A DNA stretch of 64,000 nt from Octopus vulgaris (lineage: Eukaryota), in contig OX597820.1 of NCBI GenBank assembly GCA_951406725.2, positions 2,728,001 to 2,792,000 on the forward strand, in the 5' to 3' direction. Below are positions 40,870 to 54,371 of this stretch, one piece after another. The position numbers and the translations under genes are program-made. The notes beneath the pieces were generated by a model that made no database searches, had not been told where the DNA came from, and saw nothing but the letters and a program-made list of their open reading frames with translations. Each line of letters starts with the position of its first letter. Within the stretch, counting starts at the first letter, position 1.

Positions 40870-41595
40870 CTACTTTATGTCTCCTAGTACCAGCTGGAAT
40901 TTCTCCATGTCCTTAATTCCTCCAAACTTAAGTACAAGGAAGAGTACTTCTTCATTATCATACTGCCGGAATTTCACAAAGATGTCATTCGGATTATCAG
41001 ACATATCCGAAAGGGGTACAACGCTCTTCACATGGAGGAAGATGTCCTTACGACCTCCCCAGAACGTTAAGTGCGATACTTTGACTAAATCCTCAACACT
41101 GTTGTAGGCAATGATGCCAACGAGTCTCCGCAAATAGAAACTAAACACATACAGCATGGCACAGGCCACAATTGAATAAACAACAACATAATGACAAAGT
41201 TCCAGAGATAATTGGCCATTGCTGTGCATGGCATAGCAGAGTGGTACAGCAGCGACCGAAAAAGCCGTTTGGTATATTTTGAATCTTGACAACAGATGCA
41301 TGTGTACGATGTAAGGGAAACGATAAATAACTTCAAATTTATGATTTAAAAGGCTTGCTTCATTACTGTAACCACAACAAGGCGACGGTGATGTCATTTG
41401 ACTGTTTAGTGGCTTGTGAAGGAGTTTATTCAAGATGTAGGGTGTCCCACTAAACGCTTGGCGTTGGAAAAAATGGTGTTGGAAATTCTGAGACAGAGGA
41501 GCAGAAAATGGACACAGAAAATGAGATTGGAGCTTTGGAAAGTTTATTTTTAATATAACCGTGGACATTGTCCTTCTATAGAAGTGACCTAACAT
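40870..41595 (-). CDS. TMEM186: Transmembrane protein 186 (mitochondrial complex I assembly factor), single coding exon
   Basis: 241-aa ORF with an R/F/S-rich presequence-like N-terminus, IYRFPYI..LSRFKIYQT, two hydrophobic segments and RRLVGII....VKVSHLTFWGGRKD. A 5'UTR acceptor (ttttctctttacAG) lies at 41666-41667, and minus-strand AATAAA at 40833-40838 and 40806-40811. Confidence 0.88.
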   Translation of the reverse strand: MLGHFYRRTMSTVILKINFPKLQSHFLCPFSAPLSQNFQHHFFQRQAFSGTPYILNKLLHKPLNSQMTSPSPCCGYSNEASLLNHKFEVIYRFPYIVHMHLLSRFKIYQTAFSVAAVPLCYAMHSNGQLSLELCHYVVVYSIVACAMLYVFSFYLRRLVGIIAYNSVEDLVKVSHLTFWGGRKDIFLHVKSVVPLSDMSDNPNDIFVKFRQYDNEEVLFLVLKFGGIKDMEKFQLVLGDIK

Positions 41596-41971
41596 TTTCT
41601 CAAGTTTTATTTCGACAGTTTTGAGTTAACGATCAGCTTTAACAGCAATTAAACGAACAATTCATCTGTAAAGAGAAAAAACAGTGAAAGGAAGAAAGAA
41701 AGAAACAAACAACAAATAATGAAAAGAAGTAAAAAGGCAAAAAGAAAGACAACAGCTCAGACTGAATTTACATAATTCTAATATTGTTACTCTTGAGACA
41801 GGGATTGGCAATAGGATGATGCATGGGCGCACACACACACGTATGTATTCATGTGTGTGTGTGTGTGTATGTACGTGTGTGTCATCATATATATATATAT
41901 ACACACATACATACATACATACACATCATCTATCATCCGGTTTCCACACTGGCATAGATACACACTGGAAT

Positions 41972-42018
<47 letters not shown>

Positions 42019-43260
42019 TACACACGCATATTATTAAATGAATTATAGAGTGCTATTTCATTGTAATATGACACAATATAAAGCCGTTCCTAAGAGGTTC
42101 CCAGAGTATAAAGTTACAATATTTGACCGGATCGCAGACAGAAGATATTAAAGTAAGGACCTCATGACTAAACTTTAGTTGACTCTACCAAAATACCTAT
42201 TTCAACGAAACTGAGTCAGTTGACTCATGACTTAGCTAATAGTTGCAAGGGACATTGTTGTTCAGACTGAAGATAGCTCTGATTGAGTAGACATATGATC
42301 AAAGGGGTTCCAGCCATGCCCATCTCAACTTATTACTTTTTTTTTTATACATAGATACAGGCAGGGCTGTGTAATGAAAAAGTTTGTTTGCCAACAATAT
42401 GGTCTTAGTTTCAGTTCTACTGCATGGCACCTTGGGCAAGTCCCTTCTACTACAGCCCTGGGACAGACCTATGCTTTATGAGTAAATTTCATAGATAGAA
42501 ACTGAAAGAGTCTGACTGGCTCCAATGCCAGTGGCATGTAAAAAGCACCATTCGAGCGTGGCTGATGCCAGTACTGCCTGACAGGCCCTCGTGCTGGTGG
42601 CACGTAACAGGCACCCATTACACTCATGGAGTGGTTGGTATTAGGAAGGGCATCCAGCTGTAGAAACTTTGCTGGATTGGATTGATGCCTGGTGCAGCCT
42701 TCTGGCTTGCCAACACTCAGTCACACCGTTCAAGCCATGCCAGCATGGAAAGCTGATGTTAAACGATGATGATGATGATATATATATCATCATCATCATC
42801 ATCATATATATAATATAAATAATATATATACATATATATATATATACACACACACACATGCATATGTAGGCACAGGACGTCATGAAATGTGTACAATAAA
42901 AATATACGAAGCATGAGTACATGGAACATGAATTTTTCTTTCGAACAACGAAAGACAGAAATGGAAAACAAGACAAATAACATAAGGAATGACCCTTCAT
43001 CAGTTGTTGGCTGTTTTTCTACTCTTGTTTTTCGAGCATTTAACAACAATATATGTCTTAGATAAAACAGTTGCTCCCGCAAAGCAAATTAAATAATTTT
43101 TTTTTTTTTTTGTGGAGGGTCAAAATTTGTAACACAAACAGGACAGAGTATATATGTGTGTGTGTGTGTGATGGTCATTGTGTGTGTGTGTGTATATATA
43201 TATACACACAGGAAGGGCTGCTAAACCTAAATGAAGTTATGTACATATATCTACGTACAC

Positions 43261-43300
<40 letters not shown>

Positions 43301-44146
43301 ACTGTTTTGATATCTTATGATGGTTATAAACAAATGTCATTCATTTCCAATATTCTGTGACAAGATGTCTGGCCATAGAGAAATATCATTTTGCTTGGAA
43401 ACAGGGAATGGTTAGTGACAGTAAGGGCATCCAGCTGTAGCAAATCGGCCTCAAAATTCTGTCCAACTCATTCAAGCATGGACAAGTGGATGTTAAAAGC
43501 TTATTTATTCACATTGTTTCGAATGAATCAAGCATTATCTCATAGCCTGAAGAATTTAATGATGTAATTGTTTATTCTTAGAATGACATTGTAGGGTAGG
43601 TACGAGAGGTGGGATCTGGCCAGTTTGAATATAAAAACAGGTTGAAGAATATTTTGAGCTGGTTTAAGTGCTGAAGGATTAAACTCCACTGTCTCCAACA
43701 AGAACGGACACACATAAAAGAACAGGAGAGATGGTCATTGTTGGAATGCTGCTGATCACAGGTCTGAGATTAAACAGCAGAAGCAGCCACAGCAGCTGCA
43801 ACTGCCAGCGTTGCCAATCCAACAGGCTTCGGTCAGTATCTGCCAATCGAATCCACTCACAAGGCACTGGTCGGTCCAGAGTTATCTTTTCTTTTATTCC
43901 TTTACTTGTTTCTGTCATTTGACTGCGGCCATGCTGGATCACCACATTAAAGGGTTTTAGTCAACCAGATCGACACCAGGACTTTTGTTTATTTAAGCCT
44001 CGTACTTATTCTATCAATCTCTTTTGCCAAACTGCTAAGTTACAGTAAAGTAAACACGCCAACACCAGCTGTCAAGCAGTGGAGGGGGACAAACTTAGAC
44101 ACAAAGATACAATGACACACAGACATAGATATATATATATATAATT

Positions 44147-44267
44147 AAAATTATAAATTAGGGTATCTACGAGATACCACCATGCTGAAAATAGCAGCCA
44201 TGAACTGACTCTATAGCTGCTATTTTCAGCATGGTGGTATCTCGTAGATACCCTAATTTATAATTTT
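44147..44267. repeat. Perfect 52-bp inverted repeat with a 17-nt loop
   Basis: 44147-44198 is the exact reverse complement of 44216-44267. Confidence 0.95.
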
Positions 44268-44649
44268 GATAATTATTACCTTTTGAAGGTTATTTTTTCC
44301 ATGCTGACCACTTGATAAGTTTGTTGTTTTATTTTAAATTAACGATCTTATCCTTATTTATATTTATATATATATACACACACACTAACAGTAACACCCA
44401 TCGTGCTGATCAGGTTATTACTTTTACTGTTTCTCAGGCCGAGAAGCTAGAAAAATGGGTATATCATACAGAAGAATTGCTTTACAGAATCCAGTTGACC
44501 GCAATGGCACTGAACAGGCTAGAGGTCAAGTGGAACATCATTGTTCATATACAAAAAGCATTGCATGTTGTGCATTTGTTTGGTGTTTGTTTTTTGACAG
44601 TATTTTTTTAGTAGACATTTTTTTTTTCTTGATCAGGAATATCATTAAG

Positions 44650-44860
44650 TAATAGTGAAATGAAATTACCAATGCTGTGTCCTGCTAGAGCTGAAATTCC
44701 GATGCTATGTTACAGGAACGGAAGGCAAGGTAACAGTAAATAATAGTGAACTGAAATTACAAATGCTGTGTCCTGCTAGAGCTGAAATTCCAATGCTATG
44801 TTACAGGAACGGAAGGCAAGGTAACAGTAAATAATAGTGAACTGAAATTACAAATGCTGT
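44650..44860. repeat. 91-bp tandem repeat, ~2.3 copies
   Basis: Units start taatagtgaa at 44650, 44741 and 44832. Confidence 0.9.
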
Positions 44861-44919
44861 TTCCAGTCAGTCAGATTTAGGTTTACTTGTACTGTGTATG
44901 TGTATTATATAAGAGAAAA

Positions 44920-45855
44920 ACATGTAAGGAATGAAGCCAGTATGCTCCGCTGGATGTGTAGTGTCAGTGTGCATACTCGACAGAGTGTTGGTGCCTTGAG
45001 AGAAAAGTTGGACCTAAGAAGCATCAGATGTGGTGTGCAAGAGAGACGACTGCGCTGGTATGGTCATGTGGCGGGAATGGATGTGGATAGCTGTGTGAAA
45101 AAGTGCCATACCCTAGTGGTTGGGGGGAACCTGTGGAAGAGGTAGACCCAGGAAGACCTGATATGAGGTGGTGAAGCACGACCTTTGAACATTAGGCCTC
45201 CCTGAGGCAATGACCAGTGACTGAAACCTTTGGAAATATGCTGTGCTTGAGAAGACCTGGCAAGCCAAGTGAGCTCATAACCCATGGCCTATGCCAGGGG
45301 TGTAACCAGCCCACTTATGCATGCCTTTCCTTCATTGGACACTAAACTCTGCTTGCAAAGACCAGCTGAAGCAAGTGAAATCGAAACCAAATTTGATGAC
45401 ATCACCGCATGACTGGCATCTGTGCTAGTGGAGTGCTAAGAGCACCATCGGAGCATGATCGTTGCCAAGGCAGCTGACTGGCACATAAAAAGCATCATTC
45501 AAGCATGATCGTTACAGGCATTACTGGCACTTGTGAAAAAAATATTCAAGCAAGGTCATTGCCAGTGCTGCTGGACTGGCTCCTGCACCGGTGGTACATA
45601 AAAAACACCATTTGAGCATGGCCGTTGCCAGTACCACCTGACTGGCTCCTATGCCAGTGGCACATCAAAAGCACCCACTACACTCTTGGAGTAGTTGGCG
45701 TTAGGAAGGGCATCCAGCAGTAGAAACTCTGCCAGATCAGATTGGAGCCAGGTGCAGCCTCCTGGCTCACCAGTCCTCGGTCAAACCGTCCAACCCATGC
45801 TAGCATGGAGAGCAGACGTTAAACAATGATGATGATGATGATGATGATGATGATA
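44920..45855 (+). mobile_element. RTE-clade LINE 3' fragment (ORF C-terminus, repetitive 3'UTR, (GAT)n tail)
   Basis: EASMLRWMCSV...IRCGVQERRLRWYGHV...GRPRKT is typical of the RTE C-terminal domain. The tail (GAT)n is at ~45828-45855. Confidence 0.85.
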
Positions 45856-47457
45856 GATATATACAACAGGCTTCTTTCAGTTTCTGTCTAACAAATCCAC
45901 TGAGAAGGCCTTGGTTGGCCAAAGGCTATAGTAGAAGGCACAAGTGTGGGACTGAACCCGGAACCATGTGGTCAGGAAGCAAGCTTCTTACCACATAGCC
46001 TTGCCTGTGCCTATATTGTAGAATACATTTGCTCAAGGTGTCGCACTGTGGGACTGAACCTGAAACCATGTGGTTACAGAGTAAACCTCTTAATCACATG
46101 GCCATGCTTACACCTATTTCCCACACAGAAGGTAACAACTTGTACAACACTCACAACTCAGAAAATGCAGAAAGGAAACAAACGAACAAAAAAGGGAAGC
46201 ATTCCTGAGAAGTCTAAGAGTGTTTGTAACAAAGAAATGCAAAAAAAAAAAAAACCATTAAAAATATCAGATTACATAGGATTTGGGCCCCTCCCCCACA
46301 ATATTTCTGTAATAAATCACAATAGATAACAAAGAACATGAAATAGTGTATGTGAAATGACAGATTGTACGGACATTTCCATGCAATGAAACTAAATGAC
46401 ACAATGTAAAAGCTTCGTTGGCCGCCAAGTGGAAGGCATTTGTCATTGTCAGAGCAAGTTTTGACTCAGAAGCAGATATGAAAATCCTCCCATCCAATAC
46501 AAACAAATGGCTAAAAAGCATTTTCTGTTTCTCTCCAACACTCAATCACTTGTCAGGAAAACTGTATTTTGGTATGCAACCATAATATATGACAAGGTTT
46601 CTTAAATGTTTTTAGAATTCCACACTACCGTGTTAGCACTGCCATTAAATCATTCTTGAAGCTTACCTCTACAGATTTCCTAGCAGCATATCCAATACTG
46701 TTTCACCTCTCTATATCAACAAGCTGTCAATAAACATGTTTATATATTCTGTGTATTTTGAAAGCATCCTGATGTAGTCCTTATTATCGTCTGAAAACCC
46801 TGATGAGGTTCCTTATAAGGTATTTAAAATGTGAAATTATATTTTAATGAAACATGTCTTCAATGGCACAACAGTGCAGAGTGGACTATAAGAACTGTTA
46901 TCCATAGTCTGATATGATATAATATTGCGGAATACAAAAATTCCTTCTTCAGATATCTCTAGGAATTGATCGAGTCACTGCTGTAATCGGTTTTCCAATG
47001 GTTATTTGGCATCCGATTTTAGCACATTTCTCTGATAGCTTGATTAACTCCCCAGTGGTTGTGAACTGGGCCCAAGTGTAGGAGCACATTGTAGTCCCAC
47101 ACTGCATCGTTGTGCCATTCAAGTCATTTTATATTTCACAAACAATACACAATGCTTCAAGAGAACTACAAGACTCCCCTATATTTTCATGTATGTTTTG
47201 TAATTAATAATCTTATTTGAGAAATGAAACAATTGTTAATCTTATTTGAGAAATGAAACAATTGTTGGTTAATATGTTGATTAATTAATAAATTAATTTG
47301 TATCCATTAGATCTCTCTGTTTTCTAACTCAATAAAAATGATATTCTATATAATATATTCATTGAAGGATTTTCTCTTCAAAATTTAATATATCAAACCA
47401 GTGCATCTTGGATAAATATCCCTATAAGAGGTTTCAACGTTCTCATTGTGTCTATAT

Positions 47458-47499
<42 letters not shown>

Positions 47500-47503
<4 letters not shown>

Positions 47504-48200
47504 CAAATTTACAGAAAACAAAAGACGAAGACAGGTGAAGGAACAACAAGTAGGTGTATTAGTTTAACGCTTGGGAAGAACAGAAAAATCTTTGACATTT
47601 TGAGCCTATGCTCTTTGACAGAAAGGATTAAGAAAGAAAAAAAATAGAGTGAGAAAAAATGTGTAGGGATTAATGGTTCAACATGAAGAAATGACCATAT
47701 ATATATATATATATATGTCAGCACCCACTTGAACAGTGTGAATCATTCTATTGCAGATTTATCAGTGTGTGGCATGGCCTTGCATTACAGACCCCGCTTC
47801 TCTTGGCACTACGTCCCCAACAGGTATGAATGAACATTTTCCCTTTCATCCTTTCACCTCCTCTTAATTCTTTTTCACCCTTTTTAATCCTCCTCCCACC
47901 CTCTCCCTGCAACATTCTCATATTTACTTACCTCTACTCTCTCCATCACCCTTTTTCCTTCTCCTTTCTGAACGCCCTCTCCTACAACTTCTGTTTCATG
48001 TTAGCAGCCCATGTTATTCTGCATCCATTATCAGTTGCAGCCAGTTCTTCAAGCTGGGAAGATGTAAACTCTCTTTGACTTTTTTCTCTTTTTCTCTATC
48101 TGCTGATGAAGGATTGAATCCAAAACATTGGATATTCCATTCCTCACGGCAAGTTCACAGAACCCCTTTCACTTCTTTCTATATATACGCACACATGAGT
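47500..48200. mobile_element. Penelope-like element remnants with decayed hammerhead motifs
   Basis: A GIY-YIG-end-like stretch, NHSIADLSVCG...LGT.SP.GMNE, at ~47720-47840. Hammerhead-like tatctgCTGATGAaggattgaatccAAAAcattggata at ~48097-48134 (+) and ctttCTGTCAAAgagcataggctcAAAAtgtcaaag at ~47590-47625 (-). Confidence 0.55.
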
Positions 48201-48399
48201 ATGCACATTCATGGAAAACAAGATGTAGTTGACTACCAAAGGTAAAGTATTTATACTTTTATATACATACCAGCTTAAAAGCTGCCCGATAGGGTGGCTT
48301 TTAAGCAACTGACCCTGAACGGGAAGATCTGCAAACAGATCTCTGACTTGTTTTGGAGAATTTGTTGCAACTGCTTCCTCCAGAGTCATATGATCCTAA

Positions 48400-49400
48400 T
48401 GATGATCATATTTTCCAGCATTAAACTGCATGTTGTTTATTTCGGCCCACTTGTATACTGAGTTCAAGTCCTGCTGTAAGCTTGTAATATCCTCTTGGTT
48501 TTTTACTGCCTGTGATGATTTTGTGTCATTGGCATAGCTAACGACTGGCTGTCTGGGTGACTGTGGGCATATCTAAGAGGGCTGTTATGAACAGTAATGG
48601 CCGCAGAACAGTTCCCTGGGGGACACCACTTAGGATTTCAGTTTCCTCCCTTCTGATTTTAAGGAAGTCATGCAGCCATTCTCCCAGTTTACCAGCGATG
48701 TCAAGGTCTTGTAGCTTATGACACGTCATGCCATGATCTACCTTATCAAATGCCATTGCAAAGTCACGGTATATCACACTGACATCTGAATGGTCAAGCC
48801 GCTGTTTCAAAACCCAGTCATAGTGCTGAAGGAGCTGTGTGAGGCAGCTTCTTCCTGGGCAGAAGCCATGCTGTGTATTATTCAGTTGGTCATTTTCTTC
48901 TAGGAACGTTACCAACTTCATTCTTATGATTCGCTCCAGTCAGAGAGATTGGTCAGTAGCTTTTGGCCTCTGCTCTGCTCCCACCTTTGTGGATAGGGCA
49001 TATAAATACCTTCTTTCAGCTTTTAACGAAGTATACCACTTGCAAGGAAACTTTGGAAGAGCATCTGAAGTGGTTTCCCTAAATCCTGCCTACATGACTT
49101 CAGGAGAACAGCTGGGAAGCCATCAGGACCAGGGATGAAGCATGATCTCATTTCATCTATGGCTGCTGTTACATCTGTTTCCTCAATGTTGATGTAATCG
49201 ATGGCTGGCGCCTCCTTTTTTAGAGAAGCTGCAATATCAAAGAATTCAGCTGGATATTCTTTATCTCTATGTGTCCAAGAGGGGAAAGTGAAGACACTTG
49301 AAATTGTTCACTGAGTATTTCACTTATTCACCCTGGGTCTGCTATCAGTGAGGCATTTCCTTGGAACAGCATGGATTTTTGTCAGTGAAGAGGTCGTGGT
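48400..49400 (-). mobile_element. Degenerate non-LTR retrotransposon RT fragment (CR1/L2-type)
   Basis: QHGFCPGRSCLTQLL, DFAMAFDKVDHG, SGVPQGTVL.PLLF and a frameshifted YANDTK (decayed YADD). Confidence 0.88.
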
Positions 49401-49509
49401 CTTGAAGCGCCGAAAATATTTTGGCAAATTAAACTTAAATGTTGAAGTGAATCAAACGGCTTTTGTGTGTTTCTTAAATGGCCTACAAACACCTTCCACG
49501 CTGCAATTG

Positions 49510-50278
49510 TTATATATTTATATACACATATATATATATACATACATATATATATACATACATATATACATATAAATATACATACATATATATATACATA
49601 CATATATATATACATATATATATACATACATATATATATACATATATATATACATACATATATATATACATACATATATATATACATACATATATATATA
49701 TATACATATATATATACATACGTATATATACATATATATATATACATACGTATATATACATACGTATATATACATATATATATACATACGTATATATACA
49801 TATATATATATACATACATATACATATATATACATACATACATATACATATATATATATACATACATATACATATATATATACATACATATATATATACA
49901 TACGTATATATACATATATATATATATACATACATATACATATATATATATATACATATACATATATATATATACATATACATATATATATATACATATA
50001 TATATATATGCACACATATATATACACATACATATATATATACATACGTATATATACATATATATACATATATACATACATATACATATATACATATATG
50101 CACACATATATATATACACACATATATATATACACACACACATATATATACACACACACACATATATATATACATACATATATATACATATACATACATA
50201 CATATATATACATATATATACATATACATACATATATATATACATACATACATACATATATATACATATATATACATA

Positions 50279-50312
<34 letters not shown>

Positions 50313-50390
50313 CACATACATATACATACATACATGTACATACATATACATACATACAAATACATACATACATACATATATATATATATA
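49510..50390. repeat. Long (TA/TACA)n microsatellite
   Basis: Directly visible. Confidence 0.97.
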
Positions 50391-51354
50391 TGACTCCAAG
50401 CTACAGAAGGTCATAAATGAGGCGAGTGACCGGACATGCCTTCAGTCAGATCTACTGGCTGTTATCCAATGGGCAGAAAAAAACAATATGTTGCTGAACG
50501 AGGATAAATTTGAGCTAATCCACTTTGGAAAAGAGGATGCCCTGAAACTCCCATACTCCCTTCCTTCAGGTGAAACTCTCGTGGCGTCCAACAACATCAG
50601 AGACTTGGGAGTAATTGTGGACAACAACATAAGCTGGGCCACTCATATAAACACCAAAGTTGACATGGCCCGCAGAATGTGTTCCTGGATTCTCAGAACT
50701 TTCCAGTCGAGAGATATCCACACTATTATCCTTCTCTTCTCCACTTTTGCCCGACCCCACCTTGAATACTGCTGTCCACTGTGGTCTCCCCACACAATAC
50801 AAGGTATCATAAAAGTTGAAGCACCTCAAAGGGCAATCACAAAAAAGATAGATGGCATGACAGGCCTCGACTATTGGGGTCGACTAGAAAAGCTAAATTC
50901 TATTCTCTCCAACGTCGTCCGTGAGCGCTACATCATCTGCATGATGTGGAAAATATTCCATCAGCATTGCCCAAATGATGTTGGCATCACCTTTAAGGTA
51001 CATCCAAGGCTTGGGCCCCGTGCCATCCGCCCAAAACAAAAATCGCACTCTCATCTCATAACAACAATACGGCACAATTATTTCACCTCAATTGGCCCCG
51101 CTCTCTTCAACATTACACCAAAACACATTAAAACAGAAACTGACCCTATAGGGTTCAAGAAGTCTTTGGACAGATTCCTTCAAGAAATCCCGGATAAACC
51201 CCCTACACCCGGATATGTCTCTGTAAACAATAACTCTCTACTTGAGTGGGCCATAGTGCCCAAATTCTGACTTGAAAGACTTCACCAGGTGGTGCTATTA
51301 AGTTAGACATGGCCTGGGCCAATAATGGCCGAAACGTATCAAAGTATCAAAGTA
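50391..51354 (+). mobile_element. Young 5'-truncated CR1/L2-type LINE inserted in (TA)n
   Basis: Open frame DSKL...[21 protein letters not shown]...RDLGV...[14 protein letters not shown] runs to a stop at 51270. A short 3'UTR ends in (TATCAAAG)x2, and TA repeats lie on both sides. Confidence 0.9.
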
Positions 51355-51511
51355 TATATATATATATATATATGTTCACACACATATATATATACGTATG
51401 TATGTATATATAGGTTGCTCTGTTGCTTGGTGTGCGTTGCTAAGTAATTAAGTTATTGAAGCCCCCACCCATTTATATATACAGATACATATATTTGTGT
51501 GTGTGTGTCTG

Positions 51512-51549
<38 letters not shown>

Positions 51550-52187
51550 GACAGACACACACACATATAGCTTTTTTTTTTATTATTGCAACTGAAATTG
51601 AAAGCTCGTCATGCAATACCTGCCCCCTGCCCCTACCTATTCGAATGTATGTGTTGTTTGTTTAGTAATTTGGTTTATTTCTAGTGACATGGAAAGAACC
51701 GACCGAATTAAGAATGAGCAGCGGCAAAGGTCATATGAGTTGCTAAACAATTTGATTGAGAATAAAAATGGATCCTAAATGAAGTTGAATTACCTTTGCT
51801 GAACGAGTGGTCTGAACAGAAGAGAATTAGTTACCTGTCAGTTATTTGAAGACGTATTTTAAAAGGTGTTTGGTGCAGTTCTGCCCTTGTTTTCTAGGGT
51901 TTAAAATGTCTCGCTTGCTGTTATTCTAGTTTAGACAGCATCAAAATAACTGGAAATTCCTGAGATTTCAGACAACTAAAGTTTACATAGACACAAGAAT
52001 AGCTCTGTGGTTAAGAAACTTGTTTTGCGAGCACGGGGTTTCAGGTTCAGTCCCACTGTGTGATTCCTTGAACAAGTGTCTTCTACTATAGCCTCGGAAT
52101 GACCAATGCCTTGTTAGTGAATTTGGTAGGTGAAAACTGTGTGGAAGCCTATTATATATACATTCATATATATGAAGCCCTTCATGG

Positions 52188-52219
<32 letters not shown>

Positions 52220-53789
52220 GACGAGCTTCTTTCAGTTTCCGTCTACCAAATCCACTCACAAAGCCTTGGATGGCCTGAGGCTATAGTAGGAGACACTTGC
52301 CCAAGGTGCCATGCAGTGGGACTGAACCTGGAACTACATGGTTTGGGAAGCAAGTTTCTTAACACGCAGCCACTCCTGTGCCTATAATCACTCCTGCACC
52401 TATCCCCACTCCTGTGCCTATTCTATATATATATATATATATATATATCATCATCATTTATATATATATATATTATATAATAGGCACAGGAGTGGGCATT
52501 ATATATATATATATATTCGAACCAATCCTATGACTGGCACCCGGCAGATGCCAGGACCCCTGGACTGGTGGTACGTAAAAAGCACTATCCGAATCGTGGC
52601 CGATGCCAGCGCCGCCTCGACTGGCTTCCGTGCCAGTGGCACGTAAAAAGCATCATCAGAATCGTGGCCAATGCCAGTGCCGCCTCGACTGGCTTCCATG
52701 CCAGTGGCACGTAAAATGCACCAATCCGACCGTGGCCGATGCCAGCCTCGCCTGGCACCTGTGCAGGTGGCACGTAAAAAGCACCCACTACACTCACGGA
52801 GTGGTTGGCGTTAGGAAGGGCATCCAGCTGTAGAAACACTGCCAGATCAGAATGGGGCCTGGTGCAGCCTCCTGGCTTCCCAGATCCCCAGTCGAACTGT
52901 CCAACCCTTGCTAGCATGGAAAGCGGACGTTAAACGATGATGATGATGATGATATCATCATCATCATTTAATGCCTGTTTTCTATGCTGGCATGGCTTGG
53001 ATGGTTTGATAGGAGCTGGCCAGCTGGAGGTCTGCTCCGAAGCTCTACTGTCTGCTTTGGCCTGGTTCTCTATGGCTGGACGCCCTTCCTAATGCCAACC
53101 ACTTCACAGAGTATATAGGGCGAATTTTATGTGGCACCAGCACCAGTGAGATCACCAAGTCAGTTGCAAGACAAAGACCTCTCAACTGAGAGGGGGAGTG
53201 GTACTGAGGGAGGTGGCTTTGTGCCAGGAGATGGGAGATTAAACTATGATAGAACGGCAGAAACAGGTGTCTTGCTGTAGGGGAGGTACTTGGTTACCCC
53301 AGTTGGAGGAAGAGTGAGAGTGTGTGGGGGAGAGACAGAATGAGAAAGATGGTGGCAATGTGCCTGGGCGTACATTTACGGTGCAAAGGGATGAATATAA
53401 ACAAAATGGTAGAGGATTGCCCCCCAGGGTCCATGAGCAGGGATCTGGCAAAAGTGTAAAGGAGGAGAGGGGAGGGGAGGGGAATGCAGTGAGTGGTAAA
53501 ACATGGGTATATGGGGTGGGTGGGGCAAAGATAGCAGCAATACTGTTGGCTGGGATTGGACAGGAGAGCGAGATGTGGGGCTGAAGGAGTGGTGAGGGGT
53601 GGGAATACATTTTGTGCATGAAGAAGGGATGTAGAGTGGAGGGTATGAATTAATGTTACATTCAGAAGGAATACACAGCACTTCCAGAAGTTAGTTTCAC
53701 TGAGGTGGGCAAGTCTTCTCAAGAACCTCATTGCCAGACATCTCGAGACATTGTCATCACCTCCATCAGCTTCAACATCTTGAGGTAAA

Positions 53790-54135
53790 GGTGAAGGGTA
53801 AAGATCCATATGAAACATGAATGACCATGGGATTGCACCTAGAAAGTTACCCTCCGAGGCACAAGTCTGGGCAAAGATGTTTATGGAAGACCAGCAGTCG
53901 CCCATGCATACCAGCCTCCCTTCGCCATGCCACTGATGCTGTTGAAGGGAAATGCAAAGGGGCCGATACAGCTTGGCACCAGTGACATCACAACTTGTTT
54001 CTACAGCTGGGTGAACTGGAGCGACATGAAATGAAGTGTCTTGCTCAAGAACACAACACAGCCCAGTCTGGGAATCGAACTCACTATCTCATGATTGTGA
54101 GCCCAATGCTCTAACCACTGTACCATGCACCTTCA
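53790..54135 (-). mobile_element. Second tRNA-derived SINE family
   Basis: Minus-strand head with cagtggttagagc and gagttcgattccc boxes, followed by cttgagcaagacacttcatttc. Confidence 0.6.
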
Positions 54136-54371
54136 CTTGAGGTATATATATGTGCCAGCATCTTGAGGTATATATATATACATATATACATATATATATG
54201 TATATATATATATATATACCGGAGTAAACACATAAATGTGAAACAAGGTGGAAAAAGAGTACTCAAATACCAGTGGTAGAGTAATATGCTTTATTTAAAG
54301 CAGCAGAAAATTCAACAAAATCTGTTACTCTGAGTTTCTCATTGCCGTTCATCAGACAGTTTTTGCAAAAA

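Noticed and set aside
46799-46850. Isolated CTGATGA motifs (also at ~26356 and ~42996 on the minus strand) as hammerheads
   Set aside because: There is no convincing GAAA, stem and cleavage-site arrangement, and a 7-mer is expected by chance several times in 64 kb.
48400-51354. The two opposite LINE fragments as one 5'-inverted (twin-primed) insertion
   Set aside because: Their overlapping RT segments differ strongly (DTKSSQAVKNQEDITSLQQDL vs [21 protein letters not shown]) and they differ in decay, so they are separate families.
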